Assembly (NCBI GenBank): GCA_032718475.1
Contig: JAUCBJ010005127.1
Coordinates: 1-38,263, forward strand
DNA: 38,263 nt
Source of the DNA: Nemertoderma westbladi
Lineage: Eukaryota; Animalia; Xenacoelomorpha
Direction of reading: 5' to 3'
Part shown: positions 12,896 through 25,047 of the stretch, piece after piece
How positions within the stretch are numbered: the stretch's first letter is position 1
Layout of the letters: the number at the start of each line of letters is the position of its first letter
The notes under the pieces: model-generated
What the model was told of the DNA's origin: nothing
Seen by the model: only the letters and a program-made list of their open reading frames with translations
The model's database searches: none
Position numbers and translations under genes: made by a program

Positions 12896-13547
12896 ACGCT
12901 CGACCGGGTTCATTGTGTCAAGTACAATGAATAATACATCTCCAATCAGACAAAATTGGAGGTGTTTCATTAGACTCCCCTGGCTGTATTGATACTTGAT
13001 TTGAGACTTACCTGCCACTATGAAATACTTCGCCATTGGATAAAATAAATCCACATATTATTCATTATTCCTCATTAGTAATTTCTCTAAACACATCATC
13101 TTTTGTTATGAAAGCAGTATATAATCTGCGATTTTTCTTCCATAAACCATAAATCAAATTAATGGCCTACTAATTTAGTAGGCAATGGCCTACTGTGGTG
13201 AATTTAGAAGAAGGCAATGATACAACGGTTGTTCACATATGGGTTGAAAATGCAGCACGACTCTTCTGCCTTCATTCATTCACTGTTAAATTTCTGTTGA
13301 TAATTTTTCCAGATTTTTCTCAGTGATGTGAAGTCCAATAAACATTTCAAGTCGACTTACTTTTGAGACGTCTGCGACAAATTCAACAACATATTTCTTA
13401 TATGTATTTATATCAGCAGAAAACGATTGATTATTAATATTTTGAAATATTTGTTATGTTAATTATGCTGATAGTGCCTATCCCCAATGTACAGCGGGCC
13501 AGTATGTATTCCTTGTAAATTTTGACATGTTATGCCTGATAATATCG

Positions 13548-13670
13548 ACTTAATATTATTAATATTGACTTAATATTAACTTAATATTGACTTCATATTA
13601 ACTTAATATTGACTTCATATTAACTTAATATTGACTTCATATTAACTTAATATTGACTTCATATTAACTT
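13548..13670. repeat. 22-bp (2 x 11-bp) AT-rich tandem repeat, ~5 copies
   Basis: Unit TTAATATTGACTTCATATTAAC. Confidence 0.88.
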
Positions 13671-14843
13671 CTGAAATATTCAGCTTTGGCTAATTATCGG
13701 TTTCCATATAATTTGCTACAGGTGATTGACTACATGTAATATTGATTCATTCTTTTAATAAAATCAATTTAATTTATATAAGTAAAATTGCGAAAATTGC
13801 ACTGCATCTCCAGCTATATTTTAAAATTATCTTTATATTAATACTTATAACAGCAGTTGCTGAGTTAATAAAATAAGAAATGAACAAATATGTATTTTTA
13901 TACAGTGGCATCAATATGGTCTGAGATGAGTCAGTTAGTATTGATATGTAGTGACTATTGATATGAAAATAAAAATAAAGTAATAGGACGCATTTTAAAC
14001 AACCATGTTAAGCGAGATCCGGTCACTTTAATTAATATAATTTTGGGTTAAGAACGAAATATATTTTTGACAGACCAATATCAAGCAAGAAATATATTTT
14101 GTTCAACTCAAAATTATTTTGATGTGATATATATATTTATCATTAATAAGTACCAAGTAATTATTATATATACCTCCAGTGTCACTCATAAATATCATAA
14201 ATTTTATTTAAGAAATATAAACTGGAGTTATTCCAGTTCTTCGCGCTACCGTTCGCTCTATCTGAATGCTGCAGATTAATCTTCAGGCAAGTTTGTGAGA
14301 AATCAATTGATTGGTTTTCGAATTGAACAAAATTGATGAAGTATTTGTAAATAATGATCCAATAGTGACAAATAGCGTGGTGAATAATGCGCGTTTACTC
14401 CCCAGAGAGAGTGAACTTGGAGTGGGGAGATTAGAATGCAGGCGCGTCGGATAGGAATTGAACTATCGAACTTCTGCAAATATTATTAATTAATTATCAT
14501 TTCTACCATATGAACTGCTATTGTGTGCGAGGTACTGGTGTGGTAGTGTTTGTTTGTGGTGTTTGTTGGCTCAAACTAATTCAGACTTGTTTTTGTTGTT
14601 GGGAGAAGTGGTGCTTTTTCGAGTTGGCAGTTATATTTCGCTCAATCTTAATAATATATATATATGGTTAAATATAAAATTCAATCGTTTAATGACTTTT
14701 AAAGCAAAGAAAACAGAAAATAGGGTAAATTATTGTTTAATTTAGTTTAATTTTAGTTTAAGCTGATGGGTTGTGAATAATTATTACTTAATAATTATTA
14801 AGTAATTTAAACAGGACTTAGGATGATTACTGTTTAAATTAAT

Positions 14844-15153
14844 AAATGAATTGGAGTTGAGCTATTAATGCAACTGTAATTAAAGATGTAATATTATGGT
14901 TTTGTTTAGAAATTGAATAAATGAGAAAGCGCGTCACCGGGGGTTGAACCAGCGCTATACGTACGTTTCAGCCTATCAGGCCTCATCAGTAACGCTAACC
15001 AGTTCATAGTGAATGTCAGGGACAAGTGGCTGAACTGGTTAGCGCTACTGATGGGGCCTGAAACGTACGTATAGTGCTGGTTCAACCCCCGGTGACGTGC
15101 TTTCTCATTTTTTCCGCTTCTTAAGAAACCCATAATATTACATGTTTAAATTA
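14844..15153. mobile_element. Fold-back element with tRNA-like A/B boxes, copy 2 (~210 bp upstream of the rGC ATG)
   Basis: Same orientation and same leader (AAATGAATTGGAGTTGAGCT.TTAATGCAACTGTAATT) as copy 1. Arms of ~125 bp surround a ~24-nt loop. Confidence 0.8.
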
Positions 15154-15364
15154 ATTAATAATTTATATGGTTTTCTTGCCATGTAAATTTATACGATGTA
15201 CACATGTTTAATACGAATAAATTTTTTAAAAATTAAATTTAAAAATGAATTATTTCATTTTTAATTTAATTTAATTCAAATAAATTTTAAAAGATAATTT
15301 TCATTCGATTAGATTAGATTATCTTATAGAAATGATGTAGTTAATGCATAAATTGTAATAAACT

Positions 15365-17880
15365 ATGGTTTTACTGATGAATATTATAATATTATATTTA
15401 TTTGTTTATAATATATTGTTAGTGGATGGGAACCAATTAAGTGGGGACAAATACAACACAACAATTGGTTATTTGTTGGCGTATAGTGGAAATTTTGGTG
15501 ATGGGATGCATATTTGTGGAACAGCTCAAACAGCTATTCGCGACATACAAGCGAATTTCTCCAATCTGAACATCACCTTGGAATTGTACAACACGAATGG
15601 GACTGAGTTGGGTGGAATTCGTGGTTTTCACAAAATGTGGCGTTCTGGAGCTCAAGCGATCTTAGGTCCGGACAGTGGTGGCTGTTCTATTCCAGCCCGA
15701 ATGGCAGCTGCTGAAAATATCCCAATTCTTAGTTATAACTGCGAGGAGACGGTTGTTTCTAACAAGAAACTTTACCCAACATTCGCGCGGACAGCTCCAG
15801 AGGACACCCACTTTGCCGAATCTTTAATGGCAGTCCTGATAAACTTCAATTGGACCAATGTCTCTGTTATCTACCCATTAAACAGCGAACGTGATGTGAG
15901 CATTTATAATGAGTTTAAATCACGCATTGAAAATCAAGGATTTACTATTGCATTTACAGAAACTTATAAAACACCATGGTCTGATAAAATTTTTATAAAA
16001 TTTAAAATGGTTGATGCACCAGATAACCCATTTAAAAAATTTGTAAACCGAACTTACTTAGACACCCGTATCTATATTGTTATTGGGCGTTATTTCGAAG
16101 CTTATCATATGACTAAAGCTTTATATGACATGGGACTCCTTGCTACAGCTAATTATATGGTAGTTAATGTTGATAGCGAGGTTGCATGGGCTCATTACTA
16201 CTCACCCACACGGTATCTTGTGTCTAGAACAGCTATAGCAGGCCAAAACCCAAATACTCAAGAAATTGCCCAAGGAAGGAATCTGCTAATTATATTTCAG
16301 AAACTCGGTAAAACTGATCAATGGAAAGAACTGGCTAATAAATCGCAAGAAAATCTTTGTGACTTCCAGCAACAATTCCCAAGTTTCAATGAAACTCGTA
16401 TGCTCCCTATAGCTGCAGTTAACCTCTATGACGTGCTAATGCTGTATGCCATTGCTCTAAATGAAACTGTTTCGAAATTTGGATCTGAGAGTAAGTCAAA
16501 TGGTACTTTAATCATGGAGTCTATACTTGGGCATACTTTTCCCGGAATAACAGGGATTGATGTTAATATTGACAACAATGGAAATATGGGTGTCCAATTG
16601 AATCTCCTTTCACTTCTACCATACAATAATTCAGTGGCTATGCTCCCAGTTGCTGATTTTGTTTCACCTGCAAATGAACAGACTTCCAAGTTGGAACTGA
16701 GATTCAAATTAGAACATTCTATAAATTGGCTAAATGGGTCAGCTCCACGAGATAGACCATTGTGTGGTTTCCATGGAGAACTATGTATATCAGCTACGAT
16801 GTCGAGCAGTACATTTAACCTGATTGTGATACTGGTAAGTGTCATTACTTTACTCATTGTTATGGCTTTTACCTTTGTTTACAAACATTATGCCACAGAA
16901 CGACGCATTTCAAAGCTTTTATGGAAAATCAATTCTCAAGAAATTGTGCGCGACATACCTTTATGGAATATTGGAAACAGTTGGAATGATGATGCACTAC
17001 CCCAAAGTAAACGTGTGGCTCATAGATCTGGAAGTTTTGCATCAATTCACAGTGCCATATCAAATGCTAGTAGTCTATTCAATCAGCAGATATTCTGCGA
17101 AATTGGTCATTATAAAGGCAGTGTGGTCGCTATAAAAACAGTGCACAAAAAAACAGTTGATCTCAACAGAACCATTTGTAAGGAACTAATGACAATGAAA
17201 AATCTGAAACATGACAACATATGTCCATTTGTTGGGGCCACAGTGTGCCCACCATTAATCATAACTGAATATGCTTCGAGAGGAAGTCTTCAGGATATTC
17301 TCGGGAACCCAGATATTTCATTGGACAACATGTTTGTTGCCTCATTGATTGGTGATCTTATACGAGGAATGATGTACATTCATGCTTCCCCTATTAAGTT
17401 CCATGGAAATTTAAAGTCTTCAAATTGTGTGGTGAATAACCGATGGGTCTTATTAGTGACGGACTTCTGTTTCAGCAATTTTCGTCATGGTGAAGAAACT
17501 GACATTGAAGGTGATCATGCATTTTACGCCAGACTATTTTGGACAGCACCTGAGATACTTAGAAGCTGTGGTCATATTTCTGATGTCGATGGTGAGATGC
17601 AATGGATTAGCAACAATTCTAAGGTGCTTCTTGGTTCCCCAAAAGCTGATGTCTATGCGTTTGGTGTCATTCTAGTTGAAATAAATACAAGCAGTGGTCC
17701 TTTCTGTGATGCAAATCTGTCACCTTCTAAAATTATAGCTAGAGTTGCAGCCAGCTATCAAGGTGATGCCCCCTTTAGGCCGACTATAAAGAAGGATAAT
17801 GTAGAACCTTGTATTGTGCCCACTGTTGAAGAATGCCTGCATGAAAACCCAGAATTAAGACCGGATTTTAGGACAATAAG
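15365..17880 (+). CDS. Receptor guanylyl cyclase (natriuretic peptide receptor family, Gyc76C/Gyc32E-like), coding exon 1: signal peptide, ANF-receptor-type extracellular domain, TM helix, kinase-homology domain
   Basis: 854-aa ORF with hydrophobic N-terminus (MVLLMNIIILYLFVYNILLVDG) and ANF-receptor motifs (AILGP..C..ARMAA..NIPILSY.C, YPTFART.P, LYD..MLYA.ALNET). It has the juxtamembrane PRDRPLCGFHGELC, a TM segment (FNLIVILVSVITLLIVMAFTFVY), and pseudokinase motifs HGNLKSSNCVV, FWTAPEILR, KADVYAFGVIL and RPDF. Homology ends at the donor AG|GTTAGT (17880/17881, phase 2). Confidence 0.95.
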
Positions 17881-18169
17881 GTTAGTAGTTTATGGAAATG
17901 TTTCTTTGTCAAAGTTAAAGGTTATATAGAATAAATTAATTAGGTTATTACAAAACATTGGAAAAGTGACAAACATATTCTCACATTCCAGCTATTAGAA
18001 ATTCTTCTACACTGTTTTCCCCAGCAATAAATTAAAATTTGTTATCTACACCCCACACTGCACACCACTTCTGTTTACCTTCTGCAAATCTAATTTACTT
18101 AATTTAAAATCATACCATGATATGTCTATATTTTCACATAATCTCCATTCAGCAAGTGTGTTTGGTCAT

Positions 18170-18398
18170 GGGGGTAAATGCTACATACGCCTACACTTAC
18201 ACCTACACCTACTTGTAGGCAGGTTAGTAAAAAAGCAGGTTACAGAGGCGGGTTGAAAGAAACCAAAACAATAAACGAGGGATAGGAAACATAATTTAAT
18301 TGGGAATCAACAGTTTGAGGATCAACAGTCAGATGTATTGGCTTATAGGCAGGTCGGTACATACGGCGTGTGTAGGTGTAGGCGTAACATTTACACCC
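18170..18398. mobile_element. Mutator-type MITE, 229 bp, 9-bp TSD
   Basis: TSD TTTGGTCAT at 18161-18169 and 18399-18407. Imperfect TIRs GGGGGTAAATGCTAC..ACGCCTACAC / GTGTAGGCGTAACATTTACACCC. A 9-bp TSD with G-rich termini is typical of MULEs. Confidence 0.8.
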
Positions 18399-21300
18399 TT
18401 TGGTCATCACATTATGAAAGCGATTGGGATTCCTTGAATAGTAATTCCCTTGATTGATCTTCCTGTTATTCTATCAGATCATATGTAAGATTAATGTAAT
18501 ATAGACGATGTATGTATGTATGTTTTTGAGTAAAAGGGTGCTGTGGAAAAGCTACAGCCAGCATAATTAAATTGCTCAAACATCATAAACTAATCCGAAT
18601 GATACAACAAAATATTTCACAAATTAGTTACATGAATAAAACAATAACATAAGTGAATCGATATCATCAGAGTCAGATAGGATATGCTACTGCTAAGGTG
18701 AGTTAGGTCCAGGAGGAGGCTTAAGAGTCACGTCCTGTATAGCCGGAAGTGTGGCTTGTTCTGCCTTACTTACCTACCTACAGTTGGATTATCTTATCGC
18801 ATACAGAGTAGGTGGAGCTGTTTCTGAAGTTACCTGCCTTAACCAACATGTTATGCAAATGGATTTTATTATTACCATAAGTGATGGTATGCAATGCACA
18901 TTTACTCTTGTCCACACATGCTGCTGTCCACACATGCTGCTGTCCACACATTAATTATTATGATGAAAAGTAACAAATGTTTTGTTTTTTATTAATTTTC
19001 AAGCAGCACATTGTGGACCATGCTATTCATTTATATTTCATGGACATTTTATGTTATCTAAGAAGGGAAAGTCCAGGCACAAATTTGTTAGGATTTGGAA
19101 GTTCCATATAATACAATGGGATCACAATTTATAGCAGCAGTACTCTTATGTGAGTCGATACTATTTTTATAGTATACTTTTGCATCATATATGTATATAA
19201 ATGAAGATGCACTGCAACATGCCGATTATAGATAGCTAGCACTATGAAGCTATGTGAGTTGAATGTTTAACTAAAGGAATGCTTTTAATGTATTTTTGTG
19301 TCCATTATGCAACCGGGTGCAAAGTAAATTGTCTCACCATATTGCGGCATAGCCACTGGGCACCAGTCCCATCATCCGCGGAGGAATCGAATTCCATATT
19401 AAATTGAACCGGAGTCTCAATTCCTGGATTTTGGTGGGTTAATATCCAACTTCCTGCGTCCAGCTCTATAACTCCTGCTTGGTTGGAACAATGCGTTCAA
19501 TGCAATTATTTCACGACATAGTAATTGAATGTGTGACCCAATAACCCTTCTAATCACTCCTCTTCTCAGAATACTTTTACTTTTATTTTCCAAATAGTGA
19601 GAATACTCTCATAAAGGACATAGATCATAATACAGAAGTACATGATTTTTTAAAATCTGTATTATCCTATACAATTTCGCGAATAAAAAGATGTAATTGA
19701 CGTTTGTGGAAGTGTTGAAATCGGAAGACTTGTTAATTTTTTATATATGGAAGGAAGAGGGAAGACTCAGAGAAAGTAATACTTATGTATGGTGGTAAGT
19801 AACGGAGCGCAGAAATGAAAAGTATAGGAATGTTAATATCGCTTGGAAAACATTTACCATAATTTGTAGAAATTCCCGGTTGATTCGATGTATTTAAGAT
19901 TATATTGCATCTGCGGAATCTAACTTAATTATCATATCTGAACTCCTACGTACTTGGTTGAATATAACATGTTAGCCGAATTATTTTCTAATAAACTATA
20001 ATCTATAATTGTCATAGATTTATTTATTTATTTATTGAGTATTACATATTCTACGCCGCATTAGGTGTGCCTATGTTATTTTGAATCTGCACAGCCAGAG
20101 CTGGTATGTAGCTACATTTACTAGAGCCAATGCAACCCATTGCGCTGAATAATGGCTCGGAAAGATTTGCATAAGCCAGCTGTATTTACAATTAATCTGG
20201 TTTGTAAGGCGAGGGAGGCCATTCGTTGTTAAGCTGTTGAACAGGGCGGATGGTCGTGTTGCTTGCAAATCGCTCTGCAATCTCTGCCGATGTACCCACC
20301 AGGTAGATACAACATAAAAAGGTCTTGAAACCCGACCCTTAGAACGCCTTTAGTTTACACAAAGCTGATGATGCGGGGAATTGTAGATTGGCACATGGAG
20401 ATCTTGGATTGCTTTAGCTCATTTTAATTCAAATCTATCTGGCTTGCTATCTACTAATCTGGGAGTTCAGCTTGGTGGTGGAATCATGTTGATCGCCTGT
20501 AGACCACAGTAGATCCCTGTGTAATGATCTGTGTAAGTGTGGTGTTCTATGAAATATCTATTAGATATTTAATTAAGTTAGTTATATAAAATAAAGGAAG
20601 AGGAAGGAGTAAATATATTTTTCGTAAATTTGACTGAGTTGGAGCGAATTTGACTGAGAACCAAAATGACGCGATAGTTTGTTGATGGAGCTTAGGGTCT
20701 GCAGGTTTGAGCTTTGTTTTAGCAATATAAGCCATATAAGTGTGGCACATTGTGTACCTCGTGTGTAACATTCTGGTATATGAACTACACAGTGATGTGA
20801 TGTTCTGCAAGTTGAAATTCACCTGATGTTCTGAGCTGTAAGAGTCCAGCAAGGGATGCTATAGAGCAGTTCGAATTCCAATGCTGTCCCACCTTTATGG
20901 AGAGCTACTTGGCATATAATAGGAAAATTATCTCCCAATGGCATGAAGAGCGACAATATTTGTCAGACATACTGTAGGTAGAAAAGAATATGTTTGAATT
21001 CGAACTCCAGTATCATTGTATGGCCTCCTCCTTCGTCGGAAAAATATTGATCATTATACTTGATCATTATTCTCAGAAAATATATTGTTCCATTTCCAAG
21101 GCACAGCGCGGTTGATATAACTCTTTTTCACTGACTCGCCAACGTTTCTGAGGTGCGCTCCTGATATTAATAAGTAACAATATTACTGTCCCACATACAT
21201 ATGAACAACACCTTTAAAGAAAAAGACCTACCAAACTGCCGTCTAATACATATTTTATTTCTCAAGATTACAACCACCCGCCTCACCTAAAAGGGTGACA

Positions 21301-21877
21301 TTTAACACCTTTTGTAAGGTAAATTATAACTTTATCAGGTTTTATGACACTGGACACCATAGCACAGTCGATTAAGCAGAAAACTGCCTCAGGGAAGAAC
21401 TAGTAGAATTGTATTATTATGAATTATTATCAGAAATAAAGCAGTGGAGCATGGCACCATAATGTCAACCTCAATCATTTGTCAGAGCTTAATTACCGAA
21501 TATTTCCTGTGCGAACCTGAGTTTAAATAAGTTTCCTTTCTCAGCTTCATAATGATTTATTCATTAGATTAGTGGGTACCATTAATTTATGGTCTTGGAG
21601 TAAAATCTTTACTCGTAATTTGATATCCATGAAATAAAATAAAAATAATTATTGTTTCTCATAATTAACCTTTTAACCAAAAATGTATTTAGTACCAAAG
21701 CTTTTCAGGAATAACGATTTGAGTTTATAATACAAATATTATAGTGAAAGAAAGGCAATATATATGTGTCTAAAATTAATGGTTTTCACCTTCAAATACA
21801 TTGGCAGTAAATTACAATATGGGCCGAAATCGTTGATTTATACTTTATTATATTACTGCAGAGGTGTAGCCACGTTA

Positions 21878-23095
21878 TATACCGACCGTAATGTAAAGTA
21901 ATTAGTTTATAGTTTTATCAAAGTATTAGGCTTTAAAAAGATCGATTTAAACATTGTGTAATCAATGTGCAATCTCAACATTGTGTAAAAAATTTCCGTT
22001 GGCTGTGCGCTTTGTGTGGGGCGAGACACTTTGGCATACGGTTCATATAGGGCAAATGGGGCATGTGTCTGTCTGGTAAATCTTTGAACGCGAATTTCTC
22101 GGCATCGCTGATTCGAAATTGAATCAAACTTAGTAGGTAAGTAGTAGAGGGAAAGTTTAGAAAATTTGTAAAGTTTGGTGAAAAATCATGCAGTCTGACG
22201 TCAGCTACGACAGATTATGTGGTTTTTAGAAAATGTTAAATTTCTTGGGAACGCCTCATTTTCCAGAGCTGAAATTTTGGTTGCTTGTAGAGAATCATAA
22301 AGTCTATCTTCTACGAAATCGAAAAGTTAATACATTTAATTGGGGATCGGCTAGAGACTCCGAAGTAATGACATAGGCCTACCGGTACGGTGCTGCTGTA
22401 CTGTACAAGTACGAAATTGCAGAATAATAATTTAACACCACCTAGCGGATTAATATATAATTGTATATCGATCGAATACATTTTTTAGCATGGGGTATAG
22501 GGTCCGAGCCACGAAGTTGGCGGAGCGTCTATTAGGGGGGTAGGTCAATTATGGAAAATAGTTCATTCAATGATGGTACTGTATGTCATCATCGTCGCTA
22601 TGATTTTGACTTACTTATAACTTCGTCGGATTTAAAGCTTTCGAGTCTAAAATTAGTAGGCATCAATTTTTGTTTGTTTTGTTTTTTGTTTTGTTAAAGT
22701 TTTGTTTTTTAGGGACTTCCAGACACCATCAAATCCTCAGTCTCTCGCTAGAGGGTTACATGTCTAGATATTAAATATCCTCACATTTTCTTTGCTTTAA
22801 ACCCGTTCTAGCTGAAACTTGGCATATTTGTACTAGACCATTAACCGTGTCATTCCAAGGAGACTCATCTGTCTGCAGTTCTCTAGTCTGCCGCTAGAGG
22901 GCAAAATATCTCAAAGTGCAATCACTGATTTAGCTGAAACATCAGATATGTGCTAGAACACGTCCGGTGTGTTTGCCGGGCTAGGAATCAGTCCGACCAG
23001 TTCCACCTCACCACTATTCCAGCAAGGTGTAATTCTATAGGACATGCAATAGTGTTAGGCCCTAGAGTAATAAGACAGCTTGCTTATTGTTTATC
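21878..23095. mobile_element. Possible Helitron/Helentron-like non-autonomous repeat
   Basis: Non-coding tract with motifs common in such elements (TGTCTGTCTG, repeated GCTGAAA(C/A)TT, CCACCTAGCGG, CCGCTAGAGGGC). Recognition is by resemblance only and boundaries are uncertain. Confidence 0.3.
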
Positions 23096-25047
23096 TCGCA
23101 AAATGTTTGGCTGAGTATTTAATGGAGATTCTTTAGAATAAATATAGCTAAATAATTTTGTTGTGACATCGACATGGTAAATTAATATTTCAGTATCATT
23201 ACTAAAACGTCATAAGGTAAGTTATAATATTTCTTATAAATTGGGTCGCCTCCACGCCTAAAATATATTAATTTTAAAACACAAATTTTCTGTTAATACC
23301 TGCCTGTGAACAATCCTCTGTGTGCCTTTGGGTTGGGGTGCAGATTAAGGGGGGGGGGGGGGGGGGGGGGGTTGAAAGCGAGCAACTTTCCCCTCTTATG
23401 ATTTATTTGCGGTTTGGTTCATTTCTTAAATACAGATTTTGTGTTAGAATTGCTCAATTTTAATTTGTATCTCATAACTGAGCCTCGTGCTGCGCGAAGG
23501 CCCCACGAACCTGTTCCTTGTTTCTACACTAACATATAGAACCAATATTCCTATTAGAATCTCTGGTAATATCCACAATTTCCTTTGCAATAGTAAAGCC
23601 TTCCTATTTCCCCTCCACATCATTCATATTATCTATTTTCCTTTCATGTCAACCTTTCACGTGATTAGCTAAGGGGGCGAAAATTTGGCTTTGAGGCAAA
23701 GGGTACCATTTTCACTGGGGGAGGGAGAGGCACCCAGTTTCACTGAGGGGCTCCCCCAGTAAAAATGGTTCCCGTATGCAACGTCAGTCAGTTAAATATT
23801 ATTATATTCAAGTTTTATATTAGCTGCATAAGACGTATACAATTTATCGGAAATACTAATCACTAGGATCCACTTTTTCCGCTCCTTTGTTATGGGCGAA
23901 GCATCTTGTATGGCAATTAGATTGAATTGTACCAGCGGATGTTTCCTCTATTGGGATTCGCACATAGCATTTATATAACCGGCAATGTTTCTGCAGATGT
24001 AATTGGAATCTTTTCTGAACAACTTCTATATTCAATTCATCCATCCGGTTGTTGCTAGTGGGATTGGATATGATACTCGAGAGGCCTATTAGTGAATATA
24101 TAATGCGCTAAGGTACTAGTCACAACATATCGTGTCGTCCCTTTGTTTACCTTTCGATATATCTTAGGTAAGAAGTGACCCCAATTGGTATTGATATGAT
24201 TAAGATTGGAGTTTGCTTTCATTGTTGTTTATATATTGAAATTCCCATGGAGGATAATCTTACTTTGAAACACGGGGCAGTTTCACTAGACACGGTAAGA
24301 TACCGCGATATATCTGCATCACCGCAAATGGTGAAAATAAGTGAGTTCTTCTGCTCTTATTAAACCTAAATTTATTCCTCACAGTTGCCTATAATGTAGT
24401 CAATTTTTTTAATAAATAGTTAGAATTATATTATATAGTACATCCCAGAGTGTACAGAATCTAAGGTGTGGGATGTTCCTAGCGAGAAGTGAACAAATTC
24501 ATTTTAGATGGGTTATAAAATAGATCAGTCATTTGTTTACGGTTCATTATTAGCCAATCAGAGCACATCATTCCTAGATCCTTGACCCTGTGAGTCTGAA
24601 AATTTGCGAGTGACCTTAGATTACTTGTATTTCGTCTGTCCACACGTATTGAAAAAACTGGTGAAATCGTCCTGAGCCAAAACAGATTCATTTCAGGACT
24701 TATTTGTGACAGCAAGCAAGCAACCTGCTGTTCCTAACAATAAATGTAGATTTTTATGCTCATTGGTGTTAAAATGATGAGATCCCATGAAGCATAATCA
24801 TTCTTTGAAACTTAATTTACTTGTTACTCGATTTGATTATAAATAAATGGTATCATACCCATTCCTCTCCCGGCTTGAACTATTATTTGTATCGATGAAT
24901 GCTTACCTTCTCCAGTGAGTTATATTTTGCTTCTGATTTTAATTACTTAATTCGCATTTATTTGTCCCCCTGTGTTCTGAAAAAATAACTCTCCACCAAA
25001 AAACGCGATATCCCTAAATATTAAGGAAAGGTGTAGGTCACAGAGGC

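Noticed and set aside
14245-14292. Third hammerhead (minus strand TTGCCTGAAGAT...)
   Set aside because: CTGAAGA and a hairpin are present, but there is no correctly placed GAAA box or closing stem I.
15437-17675. Short antisense and alternate-frame ORFs overlapping exon 1
   Set aside because: These are shadow ORFs of the real coding exon with no recognisable motifs.
17881-17929. Last ~16 codons of the 854-aa ORF as the normal C-terminus
   Set aside because: Homology stops at a good donor site and continues in phase at 28377. It is kept only as a possible alternative isoform.
18505-20290. Several possible LINE/SINE 3' tails (CATA microsatellite tail, IWNSIP and LFNSL peptides)
   Set aside because: The motifs are too short to assign a family or boundaries reliably.
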